The translations under genes were made by a program, and so were the position numbers. Shown here one piece after another: positions 13,008 to 25,573 of a stretch of DNA of 64,000 nucleotides; the first letter of the stretch is position 1; every line of letters begins with the position of its first letter. This stretch comes from Macrostomum hystrix (Eukaryota; Animalia; Platyhelminthes). The DNA is taken from contig CATNEN010000002.1 of NCBI GenBank assembly GCA_950097015.1, positions 1,302,001 to 1,366,000 on the forward strand, in the 5' to 3' direction. Under the pieces are notes generated by a model. The model made no database searches and was not told where the DNA came from. It saw only the letters and a list, made by a program, of their open reading frames with translations.

Positions 13008-14211
13008 ATATATATTCTTTAAAGTAGGAATTTATTAAATTTAAGCTTGAAAACAAATGACTTTTGAAACAATGCATGTACATAAATTTGGGACAGTAAA
13101 ACAAACCCGGTTTAAGTAATCATAAGGATTTTTAATCGCTTTTCAGCAATAATAAACAAACCATTTAGAGAATTTGGTTAATTTCCGCGATGTTGTTTTG
13201 CAAACTGATTTATTTCATCATCCAAAAATATGAACAGAATTACCATTTAATTATTGCCAATTCGCCGTTCACACCTGGTGGCCTAGACAAAGGCAGTTAG
13301 ACTTCGTTGAAAACTATTCTGCCGCAAACAACGCACAAAAACGGGTGCAATTTTGTTTGGAGCAAGCGAAATAAGACATCTAGTATATAAGTATAAAAAC
13401 ATCACACAAGACGACAGAGATGTGCCCAAGAACATTAGTGATCTGCTGGTTTTTTAAAGTACATTCTGTGAGAATTCTTTGTCATGCCTTCAGCTTCAGG
13501 CCTGTGAGTATACGCGAGAATTGTGTCAGCTATTCAGTACAAGTAATTCGCATGCATGTGTATTAGCATGTCAACACAGTGGCTTAAACATTTTGGACAG
13601 ACAGTTGTGAAAATATAATATAAAGCTCTGCACAATGCCTCGGAATGGGTCTTTTGCTAAATCTGAACTCCAAAGTTGCTTCAGAGAATCTTTGAGGACT
13701 CGCTGTCTCTGTTAGTCGCAACCGGATGGCCTGCCTAGTGACAAGTAGTGTGAGAAGGACATTGTAAAATATAATCTGAGTGTTATCCAGTTATAACATT
13801 GTGATGCAAGAAGTACAGAATTCACTAAACAAATAGAGAAGCGATTAAAAAGACAATATTTTTTATAAAGGCCCGGATATAGATAGCTTCTGTGGTTTGT
13901 TAACCAACATTTTATAGCACTAGCTTTCTTACGTTTCATATAGATCGGTTGACATAAAAGGGCACATTTTAGCCACCCTTTATCGATAGCTAAAGACATT
14001 CGCTTTTTTATATCTTCTCCGAAAGCAAAAATAGAAGGAAAGTGAAAAATGGAGATAAAAGTATGTTAACTAGACTTCCACTTAAAAAAACTCAAAACCT
14101 TACTTAATTCGTTGCATGTAAGTCGAACTTCGTGTTAAATTGAATAGATGGGATAAAATAACTCAAAATCAGACAGGTGTCCAATTAGCCTCGGGCCAAT
14201 ATCCAGACAAC

Positions 14212-17200
14212 TCAGAAAAGACCGCAGTCCTTCAGGTTGTTCTTGATGATGATGTCAATAACAGCGTCAAACACCACCTTGATGTTGTTGGTGTCTGTGG
14301 CGCAGGTGAAGTGTGTGTAGATAGTTTTCGTGGCTTTGCGCTTGTTGAGGTCCTCGAATTTTTGTCGAATGTACTGACTGGCCTCGTCGTAGCTATCGCT
14401 GCCGGAGTACTCCTCGAAGCAGACGGTCAGTGGGCTCTTCTTGATCTTCTCCTCGAAGAGGTCACGCTTGTTCAGGAACAGGATGATGGACGTGTTGATG
14501 AACCACTGCGAGTTGCAAATTGATTCAAACAAACGCATCGATTCGTGCATTCGATTTGTGCTCTGATCTTCGACTAGCTTGAGGTCGTACTCTGACATGG
14601 CCACCAGGAACAGGATGGCAGTGACGCCCTCGAAGCAGTGCATCCATTTCTTGCGCTCCGAGCGTTGGCCGCCTGCGTTTGAAAACGAGAAAGCGTACTC
14701 TTAAAGTAAAAAATATTTAGTCCATCAAATAGCTCTGTTCGTTGTTCACTTGTATCCGAATTTCCAATTAAATGAGTCAAATAATGTTCAGCTCTGTGTT
14801 CTGGCCTCGTTTGATGACAACGTTGAAACGACTGATGACGTCATCTACTTATTTTATGACGTCATCTATACTTATTTTATGACGTCATCTAATAATGTGA
14901 CGCCATCCAATCCAATAACGTCATCCAATCAAGCGACGTCATCCAATCTAATGATATTGTCCTGAAGAATAACGTCATATCTACTGTGACGTCATAATAT
15001 CAAATTAATTATCTCTGTGACGCACATTGACTGTGACGTGTTCAAGCTAGGGTTAAAAGATTAACTAACACCATTGAATCGCCTCAGTAAATTAGTGTGG
15101 TATAATTGGATGTACAGAAATCAATAGCTAATTAGGCAACTCTTGATTCTAATTCCGCACAAGGTGACAAAATTTTCCTTAATCAGGTTGAATAGCCTAA
15201 TTTAATCATAATTAACGTGACTCAATCACCGAATTACGTAATCTAAGATTTTGAGGATGCCTTCCGAATCAGAATCAGGTTAAGAGTTGCGTTAGCGCAC
15301 TCTAACTAGTGCTCACGCTCTAGAGATCACGCTCGACTAACTCTCACCCTTTATTTATAACAGACGGCATCCGTTTGATTTAGTAAAGTCTGAGCTTCGT
15401 TAGAAAACTGATCTCAAAGGACTGCATAAGCCATATCTGTCTAGCGCGATCCGCATGGTTTCTCAACCGAACTGCTAATGCAACTGCGCACACGACCTGA
15501 GACAAGGCGAAAGAAGCTCAACCTAATTTTAGCACCAGGATGCCGAGCAGAGCTAATAGAGGCCCTGAATCAGTTCTGCATTTGCTGAAAAAATAGCCAT
15601 TAGAGAAAAAATCTGTCAAGGCTAAAAGCTTTGTCCTTGCCCTCCGTAGGTCCTGCCAAACGGCTTCTATGAGCAGATATGAGCCACTGTTCAGCTCTAC
15701 ATCCCACTGCACCAAACGGCCGTATAATTTATATTAATCTCAGAAGCATCATTAGGATTAGTCTTTTTTGTCCAACCTGGCAGAGCTTAGTTCATTTAAT
15801 GCTTAACGAAACGTTAAGCGAGAGGGCACTCGAAACTTGACCGTCCGTTTTTTAATCACTCACCGCTTGACGTGACCGCTTCTGATCGTGAGCTCACACA
15901 GCCACTCATTCGATTCCCGTCTCTTTGAGTATCAGGGAAAAAGAAGAGAGAGAGAGAGGCGGAACAGACGGAATCTAGTTGACTATCCCGAGTCACGCAA
16001 TGGGAGACCTCCCTCCAGCATCATCTTAATTGGGAATATTCGGGCCTTAGGAATTGCGAACGGGAGCAAGGGTGGGTTGGGAGAATATGCAAGTCTTGTC
16101 CCAGCCTTCCAGCTCCCCCGCAATGTCTGCTGCTGGTTTAATCGAGCTGAGCCAGGCAAATTAGCTGACACTCCCCCCTCCACAGGTAGCGGAACATGCG
16201 GCTTGCGTGCTTGCTGAATTGTCACCGCGGATCAGCCAATTAGTTCAAGTAGGTCTGCAGGATCGAACCACCACCCCCCGACCTCCCTAGCAGCTAATAG
16301 GCAAAAATTAACGAATTAAATATTAGGCTATCTTCGACTCGCTCATGCTGTTCTCCATGAGCAAAGTATGAGAGTATTGCGAGAATTCGGAACTGTTTTA
16401 ATGAGTACTATGCAGTAAGTGCTAGCATATGTTCGATTTCTAGTCATTAGCACTGCGCCTCAGTGCGGCCTTGCCAGGCCTTCAAAATTTATCAGGATGT
16501 CACCCGAATGTACCTGCATTATCTCCGTCTTCGGTGGTCACCTACCTTTATCTAGACGGACTGCTAGACCTTCAAGGGCTACAACTGGTGAAACTAGGCC
16601 ACTATGGACACCCTGACGCGAATTTCTCAAATTTCACTGATCAAGCCAAAATATTAGGCGCAGCTCAACCACAGGACACCATCGCCTAGTCTGTCAACCA
16701 ATCAGTCAGCCAAAAAATGTTCTGTCCCGCCATGGTATAAAAACGGGCGGCAAAATGGCTTGGTAGTCCTACAGTTTTTAGAAATCTGAAACACATAACA
16801 TCTACCTGTGTATGCAAAACAGAATCGACAACAAATGGAAACGGAAAGAAGTATTTCCAGGAATGAACCCTCAATGAATAAATTTTTAAACAGCTAAATG
16901 CTGGCCTAAAGAAAAGTAAGTAACAAGATTAGTGTTCAAGATTCGAGTCTCATTGTCAAGAGAGTATTGCATGGAAGCGGTGAGCAGAACTTGATAGCCC
17001 AGTCGCGGATCCTGTACAAGGGGGCTCCAAGCTGAGTTCCTGGCTGAGCAAAGGATGTGAGTTTGCAGGTGCAGGACCGCGCCATGCAGACGGAGACAGA
17101 GAGACGGGCTTAGGTGGGCCGGATCCCCTTCCCGTGCAGAGCCCAAGGCTGCATGCAGCTGCAGTGTTTGGACGACACGAAGGGCAAACACTGCATGGGG

Positions 17201-19473
17201 AGACACAGCACTGGCGGCAATCCCTTCCCTTCCCTATGTATATATTCATCAGTAACGCCACACTCGCTTTCTTATAACCAGCCATTGCCCGGCCCCTGTT
17301 ATTCACTACAAAACGAAAGGCTAATATACATTTTTCTACCTGGCCCGAAGCTACATAGCAAACGCATCTCCTGTTTCTGTATCCATATGCCGTTTCTCAA
17401 TTCCGAGGATAGAAGGGGATCTTTCTCAACTGTGGGGATCGCCTCTGTGTGTTGCCGTTCCCTGCCAACTCAAAATGAGTCAGTTTCATTCGGCTATCCC
17501 CTATTCACCGCATCGGAATCCTTCACTGCTTTTTTCCAAAAAGTAAACGCGATTCGAAACTAATATAGAGGCCGCACTACATCCCTCTTATTGAGGTGAT
17601 AGCCGATTAGGTCTCTGATTTCTATCGACCCGCCGAATTGATCAAAGCGAGGGCGCCCTAAAAGCCATTCTATGGAAAGAAAACTTATTTCACCCCAGAA
17701 TCATAAGCAGCGACCTACAAAGCGAAAATACGAGTCTAATTCGATCCCTTCTGCTTATTTTCTAACGCAAAATTGCGTAGATAACATTGGGGTCTTTAGA
17801 AGCCATGAAGGATAGGGGTTCGATTCCCGAATCCACTTAAACAATTTGTGTCCCTAACAAGACTCTGCATTACTTCAGTTCATCTGGCTGCTAAATTCGT
17901 ACCGGCATCTGCTCGGGTAATTAAGAGTGGGTGTGGCGACCCCCAGTCCATAGACTGAGCAGCCGTACGGAGCCTTCAGATGCGCTGCGCAATAATTAAA
18001 AAATTCGAATAAAGAAATTAAAATTTTATTACTAACGTAGTTCTGCAGCTGTCTTTAATTAGCAAGGTTTCATGGGTGCTCACTATCTGGTTGGCTGGCC
18101 AGAGCACCGTACATTAGGATGCGCACATTCTTGTATAAAACAGACGCCCACCCCAATTTCGTTCTAACCCTTTGTTTGATTGTGATTGGCTGTCGCTCGA
18201 AAATCAATAAGCTGCTTAAAGTTGCTTTCTCAATCATTTTAGTACATTCAGTTCTCTGTATATAAAACGTGTTTTAACGAGTCGTTTAATTATTCAATAA
18301 AAAGCCTTTTGATTATACGGTCGTACTTATATACCGCTCATAACAAAATCCAGTCGATTAATTAGAACAATACATGAAAGTTTCTCTCTTTCCTACCTTT
18401 AGAAACTTTGGTTTGCAACTAATAAATAGGATTTAGCTAACATGATTGTCCATTGGTAATTAGAAACTTTCGGTGTACTCGTTTGATTATAGCTTTTAAG
18501 ATCATGAGTCGCTTGATGAACGGAATGCTTAACAATGCAGGAGAAACAGACAAAGCATTGATTCGCATCATTCTCTAATTTCTTTCAGTGCGACTGTCCT
18601 TGTTAACATTTGCATTAAATTCAGTGCCTGATCAAACCTTCAGTACAATACATCAAGTTTTCTACCCTAGTATATCATCTCGTTATATATTTTCCGGTCT
18701 TAATTTCCTATTTTTGTCGTTAACTTTGTTGACGTAGTTTTCGTAATTAATCATGACACATTTTGACCCCAATAGATTTACTCTAACCTAAACATTTAAT
18801 TACACTCCTCTCAGTACGAAAATTATGAAATAAAGTCGTCTAGTGCAGCCAAATGTCAAAAAAACTTACCGACGTCGAACACTTTGAAGTCAAGATCCTT
18901 GAAGTGAAAGTGCGTCTCCACAATACCGGTGGTTTTCACTCGACTCCGGAGCACATCCTGCTCAGTCGGCAGATAGCCAGGAGTCGATAGGCGATCCAGT
19001 GAGTCCAGGTAGTAACCAGCCGAGTCGTTTAACTGGTACTCTTTGGCCCGCGCGAAGCAGTCCTGCACGGCCTGGTCGGCCCATAGACGCTTGAGCGCCT
19101 CCACCAGCTCCTCCGGGAACTCGCCCTCCTCCGCCGTTTTCATATAGCCGCCGACAATCTTGGCGTCCGCTTTGGCCTGATCGCCGGCCTCTATACCGAG
19201 AGTTTCAAGGGCCTGTATAATTGTGTACATGCTCTGCACCGTGTTGGCGAAGATGATGGCCACGTACTCCTTGCGTTCCTCTTCCGAGTACCCCTTGCCG
19301 TGAATGATGGTCATCTGCTTCAGGATGGTACTCTTGCCACACTCGCCAGCTCCCAAGAGTAGCAACTTCACCTCCTTCATCGCCTTCTCAGCGTCGGCTC
19401 GAAGTTGCTTTTCAATCTGGCGATTCTTGCTGTCCTGATCTTTGTCTACCGGGGCACTGTTTGCGCAGCCCAT
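14212..19473 (-). CDS. GNAI: Heterotrimeric G protein alpha subunit, Gi/o class (354 aa); exons 19473-18870, 14672-14212
   Basis: MGC N-terminus (myristoylation/palmitoylation), P-loop [21 protein letters not shown]|GQRSER across a phase-1 GTAAGT..CAG intron, FLNKRD, CATDT. C-terminus [10 protein letters not shown] is the Gai1/2-type end with Cys at -4. Confidence 0.96.
14830..14998. repeat. Degenerate TGACGTCA-core repeat cluster in the G-alpha-i intron
   Basis: Four perfect TGACGTCA plus several ACGTCA/GACGCCA variants within 170 bp. Confidence 0.6.
16521..16640 (+). repeat. Dispersed about 125-bp element, copy A
   Basis: TCCGTCTTCGGTGGTCACCTACCTT...CTAGGCCAC.ATGGACACCCTGACGC.AATT aligns with the reverse complement of 48421-48547. 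Confidence 0.85.
17800..18000 (+). mobile_element. tRNA-derived SINE, 5'-degenerate copy
   Basis: B box GGTTCGATTCC (17817-17827), then ACAATTTGTGTCC..CAAGAC and GTGTGGCGACCCCCAGTCCATAGACTGA...GCCTTCAGA shared with the other copies. Confidence 0.8.
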
Positions 19474-21864
19474 CGCTTCTGTCGCTTGTTCCTCGTCGGT
19501 GGGGGAGTGCGGGTGCTATGAGGCTCGATTTTCTGACACCTCCAGGAGTCAAATCAGATCTGGCGGGATGATGGAATTTATGAAAGGCCGCGTCTGTTTT
19601 CGGCTACTCCGAACTGGTTGGTCCGTTCCCAAGCGGCGGGAGGGGCGAATTCGCTGTTGGCAAAAAATAGAACTTTTTAGGCCCTCCTCAATTGACAGAG
19701 CAGATTTCTGTACCCGGAGCCTCGCTACAACCTTTCCGTATCCACAGATGCCCACCCACCTCCGCTTGCCGTGTTCAAGCCTTCCAGCCGCATCACTACA
19801 GACTCTGAAGTCACGCTTCCTGCCCTCCCTGTCTTCCTCTCTTCCCTGTCCGCTCCCATCTCCATCCACCACGGGACTGGGAGCTTCGATGACTGAGTCG
19901 CCAATCGAATCGCCGTTTCGGCAGCCGCTCATTGGGCACCGTCGCCCCTGGGCTGCAGGGGTGGGGCCGCAGCGGATGAATGGTGGCAGCAGGGCCCGCT
20001 CTAAGGGAAGTGGATTGCTTGTGGGGAGGCGAGCCGGGACAGCTCAAGAGTGGAAGGGGAAAGAGCGTGCTCAAGTCAAATCGAAATGGTGGCTCTCCTA
20101 AGCATGGCAACCTCCCGGTTTCCGTCTGTCAGTCCTTCGCCCTCTCCTATCGGGCTAACTTCCTGCTCAAAAGTCACTCCACGCTACCGCTTTGGACAAT
20201 TTGAGACAATTTTGCTTCTAGTATCTCATTTTGCGAATCGCAATGGCCACTTCTGCCGTTCGCTTAAATCTCCCCTCCTGTGGCTGGCGGGCAGTCCTTA
20301 GTTTTCCAATCCTCCTTGTCTCTCATCCACTTTGCCCATCCTTCATGGTCGACACCCACCCGACCATTTCCCTAATCCTTGGGCGCGCTCAGAATCGCAG
20401 GCTGTAATCGTCATCAAGACTATGCGACTTGCCAGTTGCCTTGCCAGATGTGGATGAGGAGAACAAGAGGCTGGCGCAGGGTGAGGGGGAGAGTCTGGGG
20501 CGCGTCGCGGTGTTGCCATGACGGCCGAATCCTCAACAGGGGTAAATAGGCCGATTGCAGTGGCTAGGAGTCAGAGAGGAGGGAAGGAATAGAAAAGGTA
20601 GACGCTCGGAGCATGCGGGCAGGCAGGTACGAAGTGAGTTTGAAGGACAGAGAGGCAGAAAGCAAACGTTGAGGCGAGCACCTGGGGAAATAGTGGAGAC
20701 TGGTATTGGGAATTTGGCCACGGTGAAAATAGGCGCGAGCCAAAGGGGGAGGGGGAGAGGCCAGAGGGGAGAGAGCGGGGATGAGGCTGAGACTAAGGCC
20801 AGACTCGCGGCTTCGACTCGTCCCCTTCTTTGGCTAAAGCAAATCTCAGCCAGCACTACTGCACCTGCTGGCAAAGTGTACACTCTCTGGAATTCTACTC
20901 CGCGATCGAATAGGGGAAAATTTAAGACCATAGTGCCAGGGAATACTTGACCAGCAGATAGAAGATAAGCCGCCTGCGCTGGGAAAAGAAGATGGGAGAT
21001 ATGAGACGAATGTAATGCGCTGCGCGTCAGAAGTGTCAGAATCCGATGAGATACTAAATTAAGAATGAGTCCTGGGCACTCGATTTTGATCCGGGATTAA
21101 AATGCCAGTTCGGTGGATGCCTGCCTCGGCTTCGTTTCAGAGCGGTTGTACCAATCTGTCCTAGCCAATACCTTTCATTTAGTTATTTTTCAGTTTAACC
21201 CGCATCACTCATCATTCCTACTTCCTGCACCGGAATTGAACTCCGCCAAGCCAAAAACCCATTCGCCTCCCGGTCGCCCACCACCTCATTTCAAGCCTGA
21301 TTCAACGATAGACTTTCTAAAAGCGCTATTTTTAGAAGCCTACTATGATCCAGCACACTGTCTGATAAACAACCCCCTCGCCTGACAGGGCTCAATTCAA
21401 GGCCGTGGGTGGGTGTCGATAGAGGTGTCAAAACGTGGGGTGCGACTGGGAGCCTGTTATCATGGGGATGATTTGGAATGCGCGATCTAAAGTGTTAGGC
21501 CTGAAAAAAGCGATAAGGAATATCACTTAGTTAATACTTAGTGTTAACACGTAGTGTTGAAGTTGTTATCGTAATTTTTCAGTGCCACTGAACGAGACGC
21601 TTCCAAACTCTCCCTAATTAAAGCTTATTCAAATTTATACAGCTGTCTATATTTTGTTCATTTTGCTTAAATAAACAATTTACAATTAATTAACATGAGG
21701 CCATGAGGCAATTTAGTAGATTAAATGCACTAATTCAAATTCTGCAAACAGTGCTTTTTAGGAGCTTCCCTGTAGTTCCCTATAGTCACATAGTCGTTCC
21801 CTATAGTCGTACATCATTTCTCCCTTGCATGTCTCCCTGTCTTATCATCGAGCCTGGTCCAGTT

Positions 21865-22205
21865 TTAAAGAGAGTTGTCGCTGCTTGGTCCAGATTGGAA
21901 GAAAGTTGTCGCCCCTTGGTCCTGATTTGAAGAAAGTTGTCGCCCCTTGGTCCTGATTTGAAGAAAGTTGTCGCTTCTTGGTCCTGATTTATAGAAAGTT
22001 ATCGCCCCTCGGTCCAGATTTGAAGAAAGTTGTCGCTTCTTGTTCCAGATTTAAAGAAAGTTGTCGCTTCTTGGTCTAGATTTAAAGAAAGTTGTCGCTT
22101 CTTGGTCTAGATTTAAAGAAAGTTGTCGCCCCTTTGTGCAGATTAGAAGAAAGTTGTCGCCCTTGGTGCAGATTAGAAGAAATTTGTTGTCCCCTTGGTC
22201 CAGAT
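21865..22205. repeat. Minisatellite, 31-bp unit
   Basis: Unit GAAAGTTGTCGCCCCTTGGTCCTGATTTGAA. Confidence 0.92.
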
Positions 22206-23654
22206 TTTAAGAACTTTTCCGCCCCTCTTGTCAACACGAGTCTTTTTTCTTTTATTCCCTGGCTACGTCTCTGTTTATGATTCATTTCTAGCTGTAGAAG
22301 AAGTTTAGTATCGACCCTGTCTCCAAACCAGAAAATCTGCCCCTTCAAGCTTCTTCTACTAGTGAATAGCTTTAATCTTAGAAGTCAACCAACCATGCAT
22401 GCAGAAATGCACCCACGCAACCAGCTTCATCTCAACAGCTCTCAACAGCCGAGTTTGTTAGGTGACATTTTTTAAAGCGAGCATCGATTTTCTAAGAAGC
22501 TCTAAGATGCTCGGACTGGCTAGGACTGCAGGCAAGCAGGAAGGCTCCATCACTGCATGCCAGAAAATGGCAGAGTTTCCGTCCTTGATATTCTTTAACT
22601 TCTAAAGCCTCTTTAACAATCCCAGGATTGGAATCGATTTGCAATGGGAAAGAAATACAACTATAAATTGCCGTGAACTAGTTATTCGAACTACTTTGAA
22701 ATTTGAACTCAGACATGACGAAAAAATGTTACACAAACTTTTGTACCTGACCTGTCAGACATAAAATTGCGAATCTAATCTTTTGGATACACAGGTCTGC
22801 TAGACATAACGTTTGAATCACATCTTTTTGACATGATCTTGTAAAACTCATCGTTTAAAGTGTTGCATACTTTAAACTTTATAATGTACCGCATTCAGAT
22901 GTCACATTTTTCTTTTGTAATAAATAATCGTAGTTGGCACGTACGATGCAGAACACGAATTTATACTGTCCCAAATTGAGACAAAAGCCCTCTCATTATT
23001 ATCGACAAAAAAGCAAATTTATAAATAGCAGAGTTCTAAAACCAACTCAATCCATTTTTTATTTACTCAATGAAATTTGCCAATCAAATGGGCAAAAATC
23101 AATAGTCAATAAAAAAGTGCGTCTAGCAATCGACTACAAACAAGCAATTGTATTATGGTTGCTCGTGATCCCACACAATGCCAATTTCTTTTGAAAAAAC
23201 ATAATCAAGCAAACAATAATATATGCAACTCATGATACAGTTCGTGCCAGCAAGCCTAGTTGATTCTGTCATTAAGTTACTATTTCTTTGGGCATGCATT
23301 GTCAGTCAAAGCTAGCTTATAAACAGTCGTTAAGTACTTTTGATGCAAACAATGCTACACAAAGCAGGCATATCGGTCTCTTTTTCTCCTTTGAAGAAAA
23401 AAGCTAGAAGCATCATTGACGTTGATAACAGTATAACATTTTATAATATGTAGTTAACCCACAAGGTAACACAAGCTGAGCAGAAGAAAAGACAAGAACC
23501 GTATAGAAAAGTAGTAAAACTAACTGAAAGCACACACTATGCGATTTTTTTAGTCGAATGGACTTCTAGTATATCAGTAGAAAGTAAAAAAAATCTTTAT
23601 TAGTATTCATAAGTACAGATTAATTTTAACCTCTTCCATATTAAGATATGTACC

Positions 23655-25060
23655 AAGCCAAAGTACATTCGATGACTCATCCATCCTCGTCCACTAGAAA
23701 ACAACCATGGCTAGCCAAAGTTCATTCGATGACTCATCCATCCTCGTCCACTAGAAAATAACCATGGCTAGCCAAAGTACATTCGATGACTCATCCATCC
23801 TCGTCCACTAGAAAATAACTATGGCTAGCCAAAGTACATTCGATGACTCATCCATCCTCGTCCACTAGAAAATAACCATGGCTAGCCAAAGTTCATTCGA
23901 TGACTCATCCATCCTCGTCGACTAGAAAATAACCATGGCTAGCCAAAGTACATTCGATGACTCATCCATCCTCGTCCACTAGAAAACAACCATGGCTAGC
24001 CAAAGTACATTCGATGACTCATCAATCCTCGTCTACTAGAAACAACCATGGCTAGCCAAAGTACATTCGATGACTCATCCATCCTCGTCCACTAGAAAAC
24101 GACGGCTAGCCAAAGTACGTTCGATGACTCATCCATCCTCGTCCACTAGAAAACAACCACGGCTAGCCAAAGTACATTCGATGACTCATCCATCCTCGTC
24201 TACTAGAAAACAACCATGGCTAGTTAAAGTACATTCGATGACTCATCCATCCTCGTCCACTAGAAAATAACCATGGCTAGCCAAAGTTCATTCGATGACT
24301 CATCCATCCTCGTCCACTAGAAAATAACCATGGCTAGCCAAAGTACATTCGATGACTCATCCATCCTCGTCCACTAGAAAATAACCATGGCTAGCCAAAG
24401 TACATTCGATGACTCATCCATCCTCGTCGACCAGAAAATAACCATGGCTAGCCAAAGTACATTCGATGACTCATCCATCCTCGTCCACTAGAAAACAACC
24501 ATGGCTAGCCAAAGTACATTCGATGACTCATCAATCCTCGTCCACTAGAAACAACCATGGCTAGCCAAAGTACATTCGATGACTCATCCATCCTCGTCCA
24601 CTAGAAAATAACCATGGCTAGCCAAAGTACGTTCGATGACTCATCCATCCTCGTCCACTAGAAAATAACCATGGCTAGCCAAAGTACATTCGATGACTCA
24701 TCCATCCTCGTCTACTAGAAAACAACCACGGCTAGCCAAAGTACATTCGATGACTCATCCATCCTCGTCTACTAGAAAATAACCATGGCTAGTTAAAGTA
24801 CATTCGATGACTCATCCATCCTCGTCCACTAGAAAACAACCATGGCTAGCCAAAGTACATTCGATGACTCATCAATCCTCGTCTACTAGAAACAACCATG
24901 GCTAGCCAAAGTACATTCGATGACTCATCCATCCTCGTCCACTAGAAAACGACGGCTAGCCAAAGTACGTTCGATGACTCATCCATTCTCGTCTACTCGT
25001 AAACAACCACGGCTAGCCAAAGTACATTCGATGACTCATTTATTTCGTCCCCAAGAAAAA
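23655..25060. repeat. Minisatellite, 57-bp unit, about 24 copies
   Basis: Unit AAGTACATTCGATGACTCATCCATCCTCGTCCACTAGAAAATAACCATGGCTAGCCA. Confidence 0.96.
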
Positions 25061-25573
25061 TGACCCTCCTGCACTAGCCCAAGTACAGTTGATCATTCCC
25101 AACGAAACCACTAATATCCAGCGTAAAAAATTCAGCGGCTCGTTCATTTTCTGCATGAGTTTTCAGAATTGACTGCAATAATTGCCAATATCACTGTTCA
25201 GAGTATGAAAATATTGCCTTGAAAAACTCATTTGGAGCCTCACAACATTACAATTAGCAATTATTTTTTCATTACAAAAGCGTAAAGTAGCAATTAAAAC
25301 AAATCTATTTAGCCATGTTTAATGCAAGCAAGCACTACAAAAATGCAAAAACGGACTAAACTAGGTAATATGTACCAAACAGTGCAACAGAGATTATTAC
25401 ATTTGCCTTTAGACTTTTACTTACAATGACTTACTTAAAAATGTAAATTACGTAACCGATAATAGTACAAAACAAACATCGTCGAAAAATCGGAAAGTAC
25501 TTTTTCAGCGAAACATCCGGTCATGGCGAAGAGAGCCTTTTGACGCGTACGGCTTGGGAACTTCATCCTTCAG

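Noticed and set aside
11875-13104. 350-410-aa repeat ORFs in three frames
   Set aside because: Artefact of a 21-bp unit; open in several frames at once.
19442-21385. Several 70-220-aa ORFs upstream of G-alpha-i
   Set aside because: Overlapping on both strands with no recognisable motifs; most likely 5'-UTR or promoter DNA.
22285-22620. Possible small exons flanking the 31-bp array (another hidden gene)
   Set aside because: Splice-like sites exist, but I could not build a phase-consistent, protein-like model.
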